From: the human T2T-CHM13v2.0 reference genome, Homo sapiens
Assembly: GCF_009914755.1 (NCBI RefSeq)
Contig: NC_060930.1
Strand: one strand, 5' to 3'
Length of the DNA: 64,000 nucleotides
The position numbers were made by a program, and so were the translations under genes. The notes below the pieces were generated by a model that saw nothing but the letters and a program-made list of their open reading frames with translations, ran no database searches and was not told the origin of the DNA. Positions 25,042 through 39,660 of the stretch are shown piece after piece; position 1 is the stretch's first letter; every line of letters starts with the position of its first letter.

Positions 25042-26983
25042 TCAAAAAAACCACAGATGTTGGTGAAGCCGAGGAGAAAAAGGAACACTTAGACTCTGTT
25101 GCTGGGAAAGCAAACTAGTCCAGCCACTACGGAAAGAAGTTTGGAGATTTCTCAAAGAAGGTAAAATAGAACTACCATTCAACCCAGTAGTCCTGCTGCT
25201 GGGGATATATCTAAAGGAAAATAATTTATTCAATCAAATAGACCCATATGTTCATTGCAGTGCTATTCTCATGAGCAAGGACGCAGAACCAATCTAAGTG
25301 CCCAGCAGCAGGGGACTGAATGAAGGAAGCGTGGTACGTATGCACCATGGAAATCTATGCAGCCACGAAAGACAACAAAATCATGTCATTTTCAGCAACA
25401 TGGATGGAGCTGGAGGCCATTATCCTAGGTGACTTAACAGAACAGACAACTGCATTCTGCAGGTTCTCGTTTATAAGAGGAGGGCTAAACATTAAATATA
25501 TATGAATATAAAGATGGGAACCACAGACACTGGAGATCACTAGACAGGGGAGGGAGGAGGGGCATGTGGGCTGAAGAACCACCCACTGGGTACCGCTTTT
25601 ACTGTCTGGGTGATGGGATAGTTGGGACCCCAAGCCGCAGCCTCCCACAATTGACCCATGTAACGAACCTGCACGTGTACTCTTTAATCTATAAAAAGAG
25701 TTGAAATTAAAAATGAATAAAGAAAATAAAATGACATGAGGCAAAAACAAAAAATGGGTTTAACTGACAGGGGTGAGAGAGAACTCTGCATTATCAACTC
25801 TAACCCTGCTCTAAAAAAATAAACTCTAGTCATTTAAAATAAGTGTAAGGTATATGACCATAATGTTATAAAAATTACATATGATTATACCAAAACCCTA
25901 ACATTAAACACTGTATAATGGAATTATGGATAATTGCCATCTTGTTATTATACCTTTCTTTTTTGTCCCATTTTCAAGTGACATTTTTTGTTTATCCTCA
26001 GGAACTCATTGCTTACAGGGGTCCCCTTCTGTACCTACCACCTTTTCCACTGTCCACCTGAGCCCTTCCTCTGGCCTGGGACTATGGCTTCCTTGGCACT
26101 GAAGGCACAAGAGCTGCATTCAGCCTCAGGAGAGGATGATGCAGGGTAGGTTGTGGAGGTGGTCTCAGCATTGCAGGTGAGTCTAACAGCGCCCAGTCTC
26201 CATTGCAGACGGCTGCATTTCTCCACCATGTTAGCTACAACCAAGCCAACCTTGCCCCTTTCTTGTTTGGTTTTTGTCTCACTCTTCCCAACTGCTTCTT
26301 GAAAATTCATATTCTTCCACCTAACATTTCTTTCTACTTCTTGACTTCACAATGTACACTGATTTGTTGTGCCCAGAAAACACTGGTCCCACCATGTCGT
26401 AAGTTACCATCTAAAGTGTAGTGAATGAATGGACAGGAAAGAGGCCCCTGCCCCAATCACTGCCTCTCATTTATTCACTCACAGGGTAAGTACAGCCTCA
26501 GCACCAACAATGGGCTGTGCTGCGGATGCTTCCCTGAGGAAAACAGACAAAATCCCTGCTCCAGTGGGGACAGCAGGTGAACCTAATGAGCAGGGGCATT
26601 GCATCGGGTGTAGGAAGGTGACAGATGATTCTGGGGGCGGGGAACAAGGTTGTGGGAAGGAGACTGGGAGGGGACCTCCCAGGTCCTCAGTAGTCTGAAC
26701 AGGAAGGTCTCTAAAGAAGGTGACATATGAGTCCTGGCTTCAAGGAAGTGAGCATTCCCCGCAGGAGGCAGAGCCCGCGAATATGGCCTTGAGCGGTCCA
26801 GGGAAAATCCAGAAGGTGCCTCCGTAACATTTTCAAGACAACCCCAAAACAAAAGAAATACCGAAGAATGTATTTATTAAGTAGTTAGGACCAAGAAAGA
26901 AATATTCATGACCTAGCAATTTAATCACCGTTTAAGAAAATATTTCACATGAATTGAAAAAGTAGTATATTTATTTCATTCTC

Positions 26984-27898
26984 TTTTTTTTTTTTGAGCT
27001 GGAAGGGCTGGGTGTCTTTTTCTTTTTGTTTTTCTTTTTTTTGAGCTGGAAGGGCTGGGTGTCTTTTTCTTTTTCTTTTTTTTTTTGAGCTGGAAGGGCT
27101 GGGTGTCTTTTTTTTTCTTTTTTTTTTTTGAGCTGGAAGGGCTGGGTGTCATTTTCTTTTTCTTTTTTTTGAGCTGGAAGGGCTGGGTGTCTTTTTTTTT
27201 CTTTTTTTTTTTGAGCTGGAAGGGCTGGGTGTCATTTTCTTTTTCTTTTTTTTGAGCTGGAAGGGCTGGGTGTCATTTTCTTTTTCTTTTTTTTTGAGCT
27301 GGAAGGGCTGGGTGTCTTTTTCTTTTTTTTTTTTGAGTGGAAGGGCTGGGTGTCTTTTTTTTTTGAGTGGAAGGGCTGGGTGTCTTTTTTTTGAGTGGAA
27401 GGGCTGGGTGTCTTTTTTTTTTGAGTGGAAGGGCTGGGTGTCTTTTTTTTTTTTGAGTGGAAGGGCTGGGTGTCTTTTTTTTTTTTTGAGTGGAAGGGCT
27501 GGGTGTCTTTTTTTTTTTTCTTTTTTTTTGAGCTGGAAGGGCTGGGTGTCTTTTTCTTTTTCTTTTTTTTGAGCTGGAAGGGCTGGGTGTCTTTTTTTTT
27601 TTTGAGCTGGAAGGGCTGGGTGTCTTTTTCTTTTGTTTTTTGAGTGGAAGGGCTGGGTGTCTTTTTCTTTTTTTTTTTTTGAGTGGAAGGGCTGGGTGTC
27701 TTTTTTTTTTGAGTGGAAGGGCTGGGTGTCTTTTTCTTTTTCTTTTTTTTGAGCTGGAAGGGCTGGGTGTCATTTTCTTTTTCTTTTTTTTTGAGTGGAA
27801 GGGCTGGGTGTCTTTTTCTTTTTCTTTTTTTTTTTTGAGCTGGAAGGGCTGGGTGTCTTTTTTTTTTTTTTTTTTTTGAGCTGGAAGGGCTGGGTGTC
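26984..27898. repeat. Tandem array of 24 x [T-tract + GAG(C)TGGAAGGGCTGGGTGTC]
   Basis: Counted 14 copies of the 21-mer and 10 of a 20-mer lacking one C, each preceded by a variable poly(T). Confidence 0.95.
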
Positions 27899-28386
27899 AT
27901 TTATTGACAGCAGTTTATACACATTTGTTTCCTTCCCATGGTTGTTTCCTTCCCAGCACAGGCACAGAGCCCTTGAGAAAGGTAGTCTCTGAACCAGGGA
28001 GCCAGGAACGCAGGTCGGACACATCTTTGGCAGGCAAGTTCAGCTCCACCAGGATGCAATCCTTCAAGTTGGAATTCCGTTGGGTATTTGAGAGGGACCA
28101 CGGTGAGAGGTAGAGAGGGAGTCTCCAACAGGACTCACATCTCAGCCCAAGCCTCCTCATTATCCAAGTCCATACAAGTTTTAGGACGCTGGGGGACAAC
28201 AATCAGGCCCATCCACCTCAACAGGGGCAGATTCTTCAATCTGTGTCCAGTTCACACACATCTGCTTCTGCCGGTCGCACAGTTCGAGAGAATCAGCCTT
28301 ATGTTAAGGGACAGACTGCCTCTTCTCTGCCCTTCCCTGGCACCTCTCTTCAGCGGCATCTGTGCAGGAACTGCTGGGAAGATGGA
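26984..28386 (-). pseudogene. Prohibitin (PHB1) processed-pseudogene fragment: distal 3' UTR plus amplified poly(A) tail
   Basis: Minus strand reads ...GAATTCCAACTTGAAGGATTGCATCCTG...GGAAGGAAACAAATGTGTATAAACTGCTGTCAATAAATGACACCCAGCCCTTCCAGCTC(A)n, matching the PHB1 mRNA 3' end as I recall it; AATAAA at 27900-27905. Confidence 0.8.
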
Positions 28387-29110
28387 CACATAGACACTGG
28401 TTACATTTGTTGTGATGCAGTCATTCTGTGCAATATTGTGCAGAGATAAAAAGGAAAAGAATCTGTATGTGTGGGTCTTGGAAGATCTTCAAACTGTTAT
28501 TTTGGGATAGAATCTGCGTGCAGCAGAGTGCCTATGGGCTTATCTTTGTTATAAAAACCAGCATTGATACGTACACATGTCTGCACTATTAGTAAAGAAA
28601 ACAGTGTTTCCATAACTTCTTGCCAGTCTGTTTATCCGTTTTAGGAAAAATCAATATAGTTAAAAAGCCATGGTGGCAGGAATTGGTCATCACCAGCCCT
28701 GATTCTACACTGCCCTACACATCATCTCAACTGAGGTTGCTGGAGGAACAGGATGTGGAATACAGTCACGTTTCAGAGAGGAACCTAAAGTCAAACTGGA
28801 CCAGGGGTCTTGCCCCGACCTCTGCCTCTTCACCCAACCCCCACCTGGTCAGGCAGTGACCCTGGAGGGGCTGGGATGATGCTGGGAGGGCCGTGAAATG
28901 GGGAGCCAATGGTGAGAGCATGGTGAACACAGAGAGCCCAGACCCCACACCATCTGGGGAGGAACTCATGTGATGCTGGGAGCACTGGGAAGGCAGGGAG
29001 CCTGGCTGCAGCACTCACTGTTCCTCTCATCTGGGACCGGATTGGGGTGGATGATGAGAAAAGTTTCCTGAATATCATAGTTTCCAAACCTGGCAGGATG
29101 ACTCACCCCG
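28386..29110. repeat. Inverted duplicate of ~56520-57240
   Basis: ORFs 28620..28859+ and 56768..57007- are nearly identical. Confidence 0.9.
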
Positions 29111-29559
29111 GTTGCACTCACAGCCAAGACCCACTCGGCCTCTGGACCAATCTACCGCAGGGGATGGTAAAGTCAGGAGTGTGAATACTACTGAGCCTTC
29201 TGCCAGGGCATAAGAAACAGCAAGTGTAGGATGACCAGCAGGAGGCTCAGACTACCCTGCCCTGCACTCTCCCACTTTGAGTGGGGAGGAAGCCTTGAGC
29301 CCAGGGGGTTGAGATTTCAGTGAACTATGATCGTGCCACCGCACTCCAGACTGGTGACAGAGCAAGACTCTGTCACACACATGTTCACACACACAAATTA
29401 AATTGTGATATAATACATGTAACATGAAAGTTTCCATCTTAACCATTTTTAAATGTAAAAGTATCTTTTTCAAAATGCAGTATTTCCACCTGCCTGAGCA
29501 ATCCTGGACCTTCTTCACCTGAATTTTTTCTTCCTAAAGCAAGGACCACTTTAAATCAG

Positions 29560-30400
29560 ACTGTATTAGTTTTCAATAGCTGTTGTTACAAATTACTACA
29601 AATTTAGTGTTTTAAAACAACATACATTCATCCAGGCACGGTGGCTCACGCCTGTAATCCCACCACTTTGGGAGGCTGAGTTGGGCAGATCACGATGTCA
29701 AGAGATCCAGGCCAACATCACGAAACCCCGTCCTACTAATAATACAAAAACTAGCCAGGCATGATGGCATGTGGCTGTAGTCCCAGCTACTCAGGAGGCT
29801 GAGGCAGGAGAATCATTTGAACCCGGGAGACGGGGTTGCACTGAGCCGAGATCATGCCGCTGCACTACAGCCTGGTGACAGAGCGAGTCTCTAACTCAAA
29901 AACAAAACAAAACAAAACAAAAACACACATTGATTTTCTTAAATTCTCCTATGGTTCTGGAGCTCAGAAGTCTGAATGGTCTTTCGAGGCTAACATCACT
30001 GCGCTGTCAGAGCTGTGTTTCTTTGGGAGGCTCTTGGAGAGAACCTGTCTCCTCCTCACCTTTTCCAGCTTCTCCAGCTGCCCACATCCATGACACAGGA
30101 CCCATTTCCCCACCTTCAAATGGAGCTCCACCAGGCTGGATCCTCAGGGTGCCCTCTGTCTTGTTCTCCCTCTTCTGTCCCCATCTTCCTGTATAAAGAT
30201 CCTGTGGTTACAATGGACCCCTGGGAAATCCAGAGAATTACCCCATCTCCAGGACAGATGATAAGCAACCTCAGCTCCACCTGCAGCCTTCATTCCCCTT
30301 TCCATGTAACCCAGTGCAGAGGTTCCAGGGACTCGGACCTGCATCTTGTCAGGGAGGTGGGGGTGGGGGTGGGATGATTCTGCCCAGGACCCATACCATA
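29560..30400. mobile_element. MLT1-like LTR with an inserted AluS (29631-29925)
   Basis: ACAAATTACTACAAATTTAGTG...TTCCATGTAACC; Alu dimer. Confidence 0.65.
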
Positions 30401-30514
30401 TACTTTTTATATTTATCATTTTTACAGCACAAAATGCAGGAGGGAGCAGAGCAATACTGGAGAAGAGATTTTTCATCCTATTAAAATTAAGCATGAGGCA
30501 CACATCTTTGCTCT

Positions 30515-30720
30515 CAGTACTTTGGGAGGCCAAGTAAGAAATATTGCTTGAGCCCAGGAGGTCAAGGCTACAGTGAGCTATGATCATACCACTGCATGCC
30601 AGCCTGGGTCAGCCCAGGAGGTCAAGGCTACAGTGAATTATGATCATTCCACTGCATGCCAGCCTGGGTCACAGAGTGAGACCCTGTTTCAAAAATAAAA
30701 TAACATAAAATAAGATAAAA
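30515..30720 (+). mobile_element. AluJ/FLAM fragment with an internal 60-bp tandem duplication
   Basis: AGCCCAGGAGGTCAAGGCTACAGTG...CAGCCTGGGTC at 30551 and 30611. Confidence 0.8.
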
Positions 30721-30959
30721 AGTTGCTTTTTATCCAATCTAGGTTGTGATAAATTAAGATATTAATTGCTATTCCACAGGAAAACCACTAAGAAAGTAAC
30801 ATTTTAAAAATAATTAAGGGGCCGGGTGTAGTGGCTCATGCCTGTAAACCCAGCACTTTGGGAGGCTGAGGCGGGCAAATCCCCTGAAGTTGGGAGTTTA
30901 AGACCAACCTGACCAACATGGAGAAACCCTGTCTCTACTAAAAAATACAATAAATACAT

Positions 30960-31722
30960 ATGGAAAAGTAAGAACAAGGTGACAGGTGTAAATTCTGCCT
31001 TAGCAATACTTCCATTACCTCTCAAACTATTAAATACTCAAAAGCAAAAGCAGAGGTTGACAGAATGCATTTTATAAATGATCTAAAGATACAATGTAGA
31101 TCCAAAGATACAAGTCGGTTGAAAGTAAAAGTATAAAAAAGACAAAGCACACCAATAGTAAAGAAAGACAGTTGAAATTGCTATTAACGATTTTTTGTCT
31201 GTGTTTCTAGAAACAGGGTCTTGATTTGTTGCCCAGGTTGGTCTTGCTCCTGGGCTCAAACAGTCCTCTGATCTGGGCCTCTCAAAGTACTGGGATTACA
31301 GGTGTGAACCACAATGCCCAGCCTGAAATTAATAATATCAAGCAATGTGGTGTTTAAGACAAAAATTTTTTCTGAAACACTCTTTTAAAACTAAATGATT
31401 AAAAAGAAAATCACAAAAAATCAGAAAATAAGATAAATTAAAACAAAAACACAGCATATTATAACTTATGAGAAGTAGCTAAAGCAGTCCTTAGAGGGAA
31501 ATGCATTGCTGTCAGTGTGAATATATTGAGAAAGAGAAAAGAAACAAAGGAGTAATCTCAAATTGAGAACCTAATATTTCACTTGAAGAAACTCAAAAAA
31601 GAAGCCATCTACTCAAAATAAACGAACAATGAATAGGAATTAGAATGTAAATAAATGAAGTAGAGAAGAGAAAAACATTGGAGAACTCAACAAAACTGAT
31701 AGCTGAGTGTTCGAAAAGCTTG
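30960..31722 (+). mobile_element. Old L1 ORF2 fragments with a FLAM (31200-31325, -)
   Basis: GCTAAAGCAGTCCTTAGAGGGAAAT motif. Confidence 0.6.
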
Positions 31723-31725
31723 GTC

Positions 31726-33710
<1,985 letters not shown>

Positions 33711-34849
33711 TGGGACCGGGACCTGGCGACGGAATGCCGAGGACACCGGTGTTCGCCGCGCAGGGGAAACTGCGGAGCTTCCCGCTGAGCCGTGTGGGGC
33801 TTTGGTCACCCGGGTGGAGCCGAAGCGCGGAGAAAAGTCCTGACGTTTCACTCCTCCTGTCTCCTGCTTCCCATCCTTTCCAGGAGATCATTTCACTTCA
33901 TTGTTTTGCAAATCTTTTCTCCCATCTGAGCGCTGCTTCTTTATTGTCTTAAATGAGTGTTTCACAAAGAGCACGGATTGGGTTTTGTACTTTTTCTGTG
34001 TGGTTGGTTTTTGTGTGTCTGTGGGTGATGAAATCGGGTCGGAGTCGCTCTAAAGTCATTTTTGTCTCTTGCGCGCCTCAGGGAGGATATTAAAGGCTTT
34101 TGTGGATTTCAACCGCTAAAGCCTTTCCTCAAAGTTCATTGCGAGGGGTTTCAGTTCCGCCCGGCAGCATCCCTCAGGGTTCTGCGCGCTCCCGTGGCAC
34201 CGTCTGCGCCCGAGCTCCGGTCCCGTCCCGATTGCCTGATGCCCCGCAGGGAGCGCCCAGCGGCCGCCGATGTCCCACCAGCAGGCACCGGGCGCCTAGC
34301 GGGACCCGCGGGCGGAACTGCCTTTGGAAGACGCGTGAGAACTCCACCCCATCGCGGCAGGGGACAGTTATTATCTCCGAGCTTGAGGTGAGGGGAAATC
34401 AGAGGCGGCTGATGGTTTCCTCCTACAGCCTGGTGCTGGGCGCGGGGAGGACTTTACACCCAGCTCCTGCCGAGACGTGACCTTACAGCTGGGGTCCTTG
34501 GGGCTCCAAAAGTGCGGCTTCCGCGCGGATCCCATTCCTGCTTGCTTTGAGGCTGCTGGTGAGCGGCGCCTGCGCAGGGGAAGTTGTGTGCCCGAGTTGC
34601 TTACTTGTGTTTTATTGATCTTCTAGACTGCTCTTGTTAGAAGAGAAGTGATTTCTTTGAACTGCTTGGGGTTAGAAAGAGAGCAATTTCTGAGCTGTTT
34701 TTTGTTAGAAGGAAAATTTTTTGCCGTGGACTATTTTTACCCTATCTACCTAAATGATTTCTTTCTTATCTCCTATAACAGCAGGAGGATGGGAGGGACG
34801 AGAGGATTGGAGGGGGCCAGAGGACACGGTGGGACTCTATGTTGAGGCT

Positions 34850-37378
34850 TGAGTCTCTGCTCAGTTAGGTGAGGTTGGACAGAGGTTTGCATCAATGCCT
34901 TGAGCCGGCGAGTCTCTCCCCAGTGCTGAGGGCTTTGTGTGTGTGGTGCACTCCTGCCCCTGCCGCACTCAGGCGGGCAGCTGATGTCACCACTGCAGCT
35001 CCACTTCCTGCCCGCACAGAACCTCCAGGTCAGCCAAAGATCAGAGATGTGGCCTTCTCAGGTGCTTCCTGGGCACGTGCCAGCCCCTATGCACATCTCA
35101 TTCCCCAAATCTTTCTCTCAATTTCTCCCACTAGCCTCTTGTTTGCCCTACATGCAAACGGTGAGGTTGTATAGTTGGAATGATTGCTTTTAGCCAATGC
35201 TCTGAAGATCTGGCTTTTCCCCTAGAAAGAGACCTCAGCAGGTCAAAGGAGGACAAACCCAATGAATGGAGCTTTTCCACTGAGTCCCAGATAGACCAAA
35301 TAGAGTTCTCTGGGGCTGGGGCTTTTGAATGGCTCCAAGACCAGCGTGCCCCTTCAGCAAGTGGAGACTGTGGCTTTGCAGCTGTCATGGACATGGTGAG
35401 TCCAGTGTTTTCTGGGCGTAATAAATCAGCATATATTGTGCAGACAAGAAGTAGAAAGAAATGTTAGGAGGAAGAATATAAAGTTTAAGTACGAAGGGAA
35501 GAATTAGAAAAAAAAAAAAAAAACAATGAGGAAAGGGGCAAGGTTGACTTGGTTGTAGCTAACCTGGTGGAGAAACGCAGCCGTCTGCAATAGAGGACCA
35601 GAGCTGTTAGGTTCCTCTGCAATGCCGAGACCACCTCCACAACCTGCCCTGCGTCATTCTCTCTCCCGAGGCTGAATGCAGCTCTTGTGCTTTCAGTGCC
35701 AAGGAAGCCACAGTCCTAGGCCAGAGGAAGGGCTGAGGTGGACAGTGGAAAAGGAGGAGGTGGGTGCAGAAGGAGAAGGCTGACAGCAAGGATTTCCTGA
35801 GGATAAACAAAAAATGTCACTTGAAAATGGAGAAAAAGTAGTAAGGGTATAAAGAAGAAGATGGAAATCATCTGTAATTCCATTATACAGCGTTTAATTT
35901 TAGGGTTTTGGCACTTTCATGTATAATTTTTATACAATCAGCATCACAGAACTTATGATTATTTTAAATGACTAGAGTTTATTTTTTTAAGCTGGGTTTG
36001 GGTTCATAGTGCAGAGAAAAATGGGGTTAACTCTGGTCAGTTAACCCCATTTTTTTGGCCTTATGTCATTTTATTTTATTTATTCATTTTAATTTCAACC
36101 TATATAATTGATTAAAGGGTACACATACAGGTTTGTTGCATGGGTAGATTTTGGGAGGCTGAGGCTTGGTGTCCCAATGATCCCATCGCTCAAACAGTAA
36201 ACATGGCACCTAACAAGTGTTTTTTTCAGCCCAGGTGCCTCTCCTCTCCCTCCCATCTAGTGATCTCCAGTGTCCATGGTTCATGTGAATTCAATGTTTA
36301 GCTGCTAGTTTCCAATGGGAACATGCAGTATGTGGTTTTCTGTTCTTGCATTAGGTTGCTTAGGATAATAGCCTCTAGTTCCATCCATGTTGCTGAAAAG
36401 GACATGATTTTCTTGTGTTTCATGGCTGCATAGATTTCCATGGTGTCTATGTACCACATTTTTTTTCATTCAATTCACTGTTGCTGGGCACTTAGATTGA
36501 TTCTGTGTCCTTGCTGGTGAGAGTAGCACTGTAATGAACATATTGGTGCAGGTGTCTTTTGGATAAAATGAATTCTTTTCCTGTGGATATATCCCGAGTA
36601 GTGGGATTGTGGGATTGAATGGTAGTTCTATTTTAAGTTCTTGGAGAAATCTCCAAACTGCTTTCCATAGTGGCTGAACAAGTTTGCTTTCCCACTAACA
36701 ATGTCTGTTTCTTTTTCTCTGCAGCCTCACCACCATCTCTGACTTTGTGACTGGTAAGAGATGGTAACTCATTGCAGTTTTGATTTGCACTTATCTGATG
36801 ATTAATGATATTGAGCACTTTTTCATGTTTGTTGGATACTTGTATGTCTTCTTTTGAAAAGTGTCTGCTCATGTCTTTGCCCATTTTTTAATTGGGTTTT
36901 TTGTTCTTGCTTGTTGAATTAAGTTCCTTGTAGATTCTGGATATTGGACCTTTGTCAGATGCATAGTTTGCAAATAGTCTTCCCCATTCTACAGGCTGTC
37001 TGTTTACTGTGTTGCTAGTTTCTTTTTCTGTGCAGAAGCTCTTTAGTTTAATGAGGCCCCATTTGTTAATTTTTTTTGTTGCAATTGTTTTTAGTGTCTT
37101 CTTCATGAAATCTTTGCCAGGCCCTATGTCCGCATTGGTATTTCTTAGGTTATATTCCGGGATTATTACAGTTTTGGTACTTACATTCAAATCTTTCATC
37201 CATATCTAGTTATTTTACATATGTGGGAAGAGGTAGGGGTTCAGTTTCATTCTTCCGCATATGGCTGGCCAGATATCCCAGCACTATTTGTCGAATAGGG
37301 AGTTTTTCCCCCATTACTCATTTCTGTTGAAGATTAGATGGCTTTAGGTGTGCAGGTTTATTTCTGCGCTCTCTATTT
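34850..37378. repeat. Inverted duplicate of 15529-18075
   Basis: ORFs 17674..18057- and 34869..35174+ are nearly identical; shared L1 fragment. Confidence 0.9.
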
Positions 37379-38400
37379 TGTTCCACTCATCTAACTGTCT
37401 ATTTTTGTACCAGTGTTGGTCTGTGTTGGTCACTGTAGTCTTATAGTATAGTTTGAAGTCTGACAATGTGATGCCTCTGGCTTTGTCCTTTTTGCTTAGG
37501 ATTTTGACAGTTCGAGCTTCCTTTCTTTTTTTCTTTCTTTCTTTCTTTTTTTTTTGGCTCTAAACAAATTTTAGAATAGATTTTTCTAATTCTGTGAAAA
37601 ATAATATTGGTATTTTAATAGAGATAGCTTTGCATATATAAATTGTTTTGGGAAGTGTGGCCATTTTAGCTATATTGATTCTTCCAATCAAAGAGCATGA
37701 AATATTTTTTCCATTTATTTGTGTTGCCTCTGATTTTTTTCAGCAGTGTTTTGTAGTTCTCTTGTAAAGATCTTTCATCTCTTCAGGTAGATGAACTACT
37801 AGGTACTGCACTTTCCTTGTGGCTGTTGTAAATAAGATCGTGTTCTTGCTTTCATTCTCAGCTAGAATGTTGTTGGTGCATAAGAATGCTACTGATTGTG
37901 TACATTGATTTGGTATCCTGAAACTTGACTGAATTCATGCATCAGTTCCAGGAGCCTTTTGACAGAGTCTTTCGGGTTTTCTTTTTTTTTTTTTTTTTGA
38001 GATGGAGTCTTGCACTGTTGCCCGGGCTGGAGTGCAGTGGTGCGATCTCGGCTCACTCCAAACCTCCACCTCCTGGGTTCAAGCAATTCTCCTGTCTCAG
38101 TCTCCCACGTAGCTGGAATTACAGTTGCCCGCCACCACGCCCTGCTAATTTATTTGTATTTTTAGTAGAGATGGGGTTTCACAATATTGGCCAGGCTGGT
38201 CTCAAACTCCTGACCTCGTGATCCACCCACTTTGGCCTCCCAAAGCGCTGAGATTACAGGTGTGAGCCACCATGACCAGCCGTCTTTCGGGTTTTCTATG
38301 TATGGAATCACATCATGGCAAAGGGAGGTGCTTTGGCTTGTTCTTTTCCTATTTGAATGCCTTTTCTTTTTTTGTCTTGCCTTATTCTTCAGCTAGGATT
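36065..38400 (-). mobile_element. L1 3' portion with an AluS (37982-38281, -)
   Basis: ORF2-like ORFs 36888..37199-; extends further 5' than the copy in the ULBP1 3' UTR. Confidence 0.88.
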
Positions 38401-38404
38401 TTCC

Positions 38405-39660
38405 TGCTGCCTCCTTCAGGCCTCTGGGGGTTATAACCTCCACGCCAGCTCCCCTTCTGCACCTGGGGTTTTCCTCTGAGCCCCATTCACTCCCACAACT
38501 GTCTCTTTCATTCACTTGCTTGCTCAGCCTCCAGCCACCCTTAAATCATGTCAGGTTCACTTGATGAAGGAGAGAAAAACCAACCTCTGTGAGTTTGAAA
38601 AGGACTCTGGATTCCTGATAACTGTGTCCTGGGTCCCCGTGGTTGCTGGAGGAGGTGCATAATTGCTAGATCATAGCCATTACAGTCACCTGGCTGCTTC
38701 CATTCCCAGCTTCCGTGGGCCTGAGTCTGGTGGCCAGGAGCCTGCAGCAGGGGTGAGGCAGGAGGGCCCAGGTGTGCAGAGATGCCCCTCCTCCTGTCAC
38801 CTGGCTGTGCTGCCCAGGACTCTCCTGCCAGCTTTTTGTCTTCTTCCTGTTCCCCCAGTCACTGGCCCAGGTCACCCAGCCTCGGGGTGGGGGCTGCCAG
38901 GGCCTTTCCCACTGGCCTCCTCCCAGGACTAACCCGGGCTCCTGTCCTCAGCCCTATGCATGGGAGGCTCTTCTCACACACAGATCCCGGGACCCACCAA
39001 GCTCTGCCCCTCCCAAGTCTGAGAACTGCCCACCCCCGTGTGTCTGTTGTTCTCCAGACCACCCTTCATGTGGCCTCTCCTGGACAGAGGCTCTAGTGCA
39101 TCAGGCGAGAACCTTCTAGGCTCCTATGTCCCTGCACAGTCACAGAGGTAGCTGCCATCCTATGCCCCTGTCCGGAAGCAGAGACAGGCCCTGGGCTTGG
39201 TCCAGGCCTCCTCCTCTTTCCCAAAGCTTCAGGGCCCTAGGGATTGATGGCCACCAGGTGAAGGTGATCCCCACATGAAGACTGTGTGGAGAGGGAGGTC
39301 AGTGCTTACTTTTTGTCATTTAATGGGGAAAGGGCTGAGCGGCTGTGGGAAGAGTGGGACTCAGGGGCTCTGCCCAGTCCTCACCCCAGGCTAAGCCCTC
39401 CCCACCAGCCAGGGGCCACTGGGCTCTTCATGTCCCTCATATTTCTGCCCACAGGTCTAGATGCCTCCGTGGTGACTGACACGAGGATCTGCTGGGGATT
39501 CCTCAGTTGTGGTTAAATGAAGTGACCACATGGATGAACCAAATGGAGAGGAGGTACAGCTGCAGACTCAGGCCTGGGCGACCATCGATGGCTGTGTGGT
39601 AAAGCAAGCCCCACGCGGAAGGAGAACCCTCCCTCAGCTCCTGTGCCCATGGAAATCCAA
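38405..39660 (+). other. Third, more diverged partial copy of 5205-6760 (end of alpha3-like exon, TM-like and downstream exons)
   Basis: Direct similarity to 5205-6760; TM-like IIAITVTWLLPFPASVGLSLVARSLQQG|GTGAGG at ~38670-38752. Confidence 0.7.

Noticed and set aside
26984-27900. CRISPR-like appearance and Lys-rich ORFs (222, 166 aa)
   Set aside because: Spacers are only poly(T) tracts, no cas genes, human context; ORFs are repeat artefacts.
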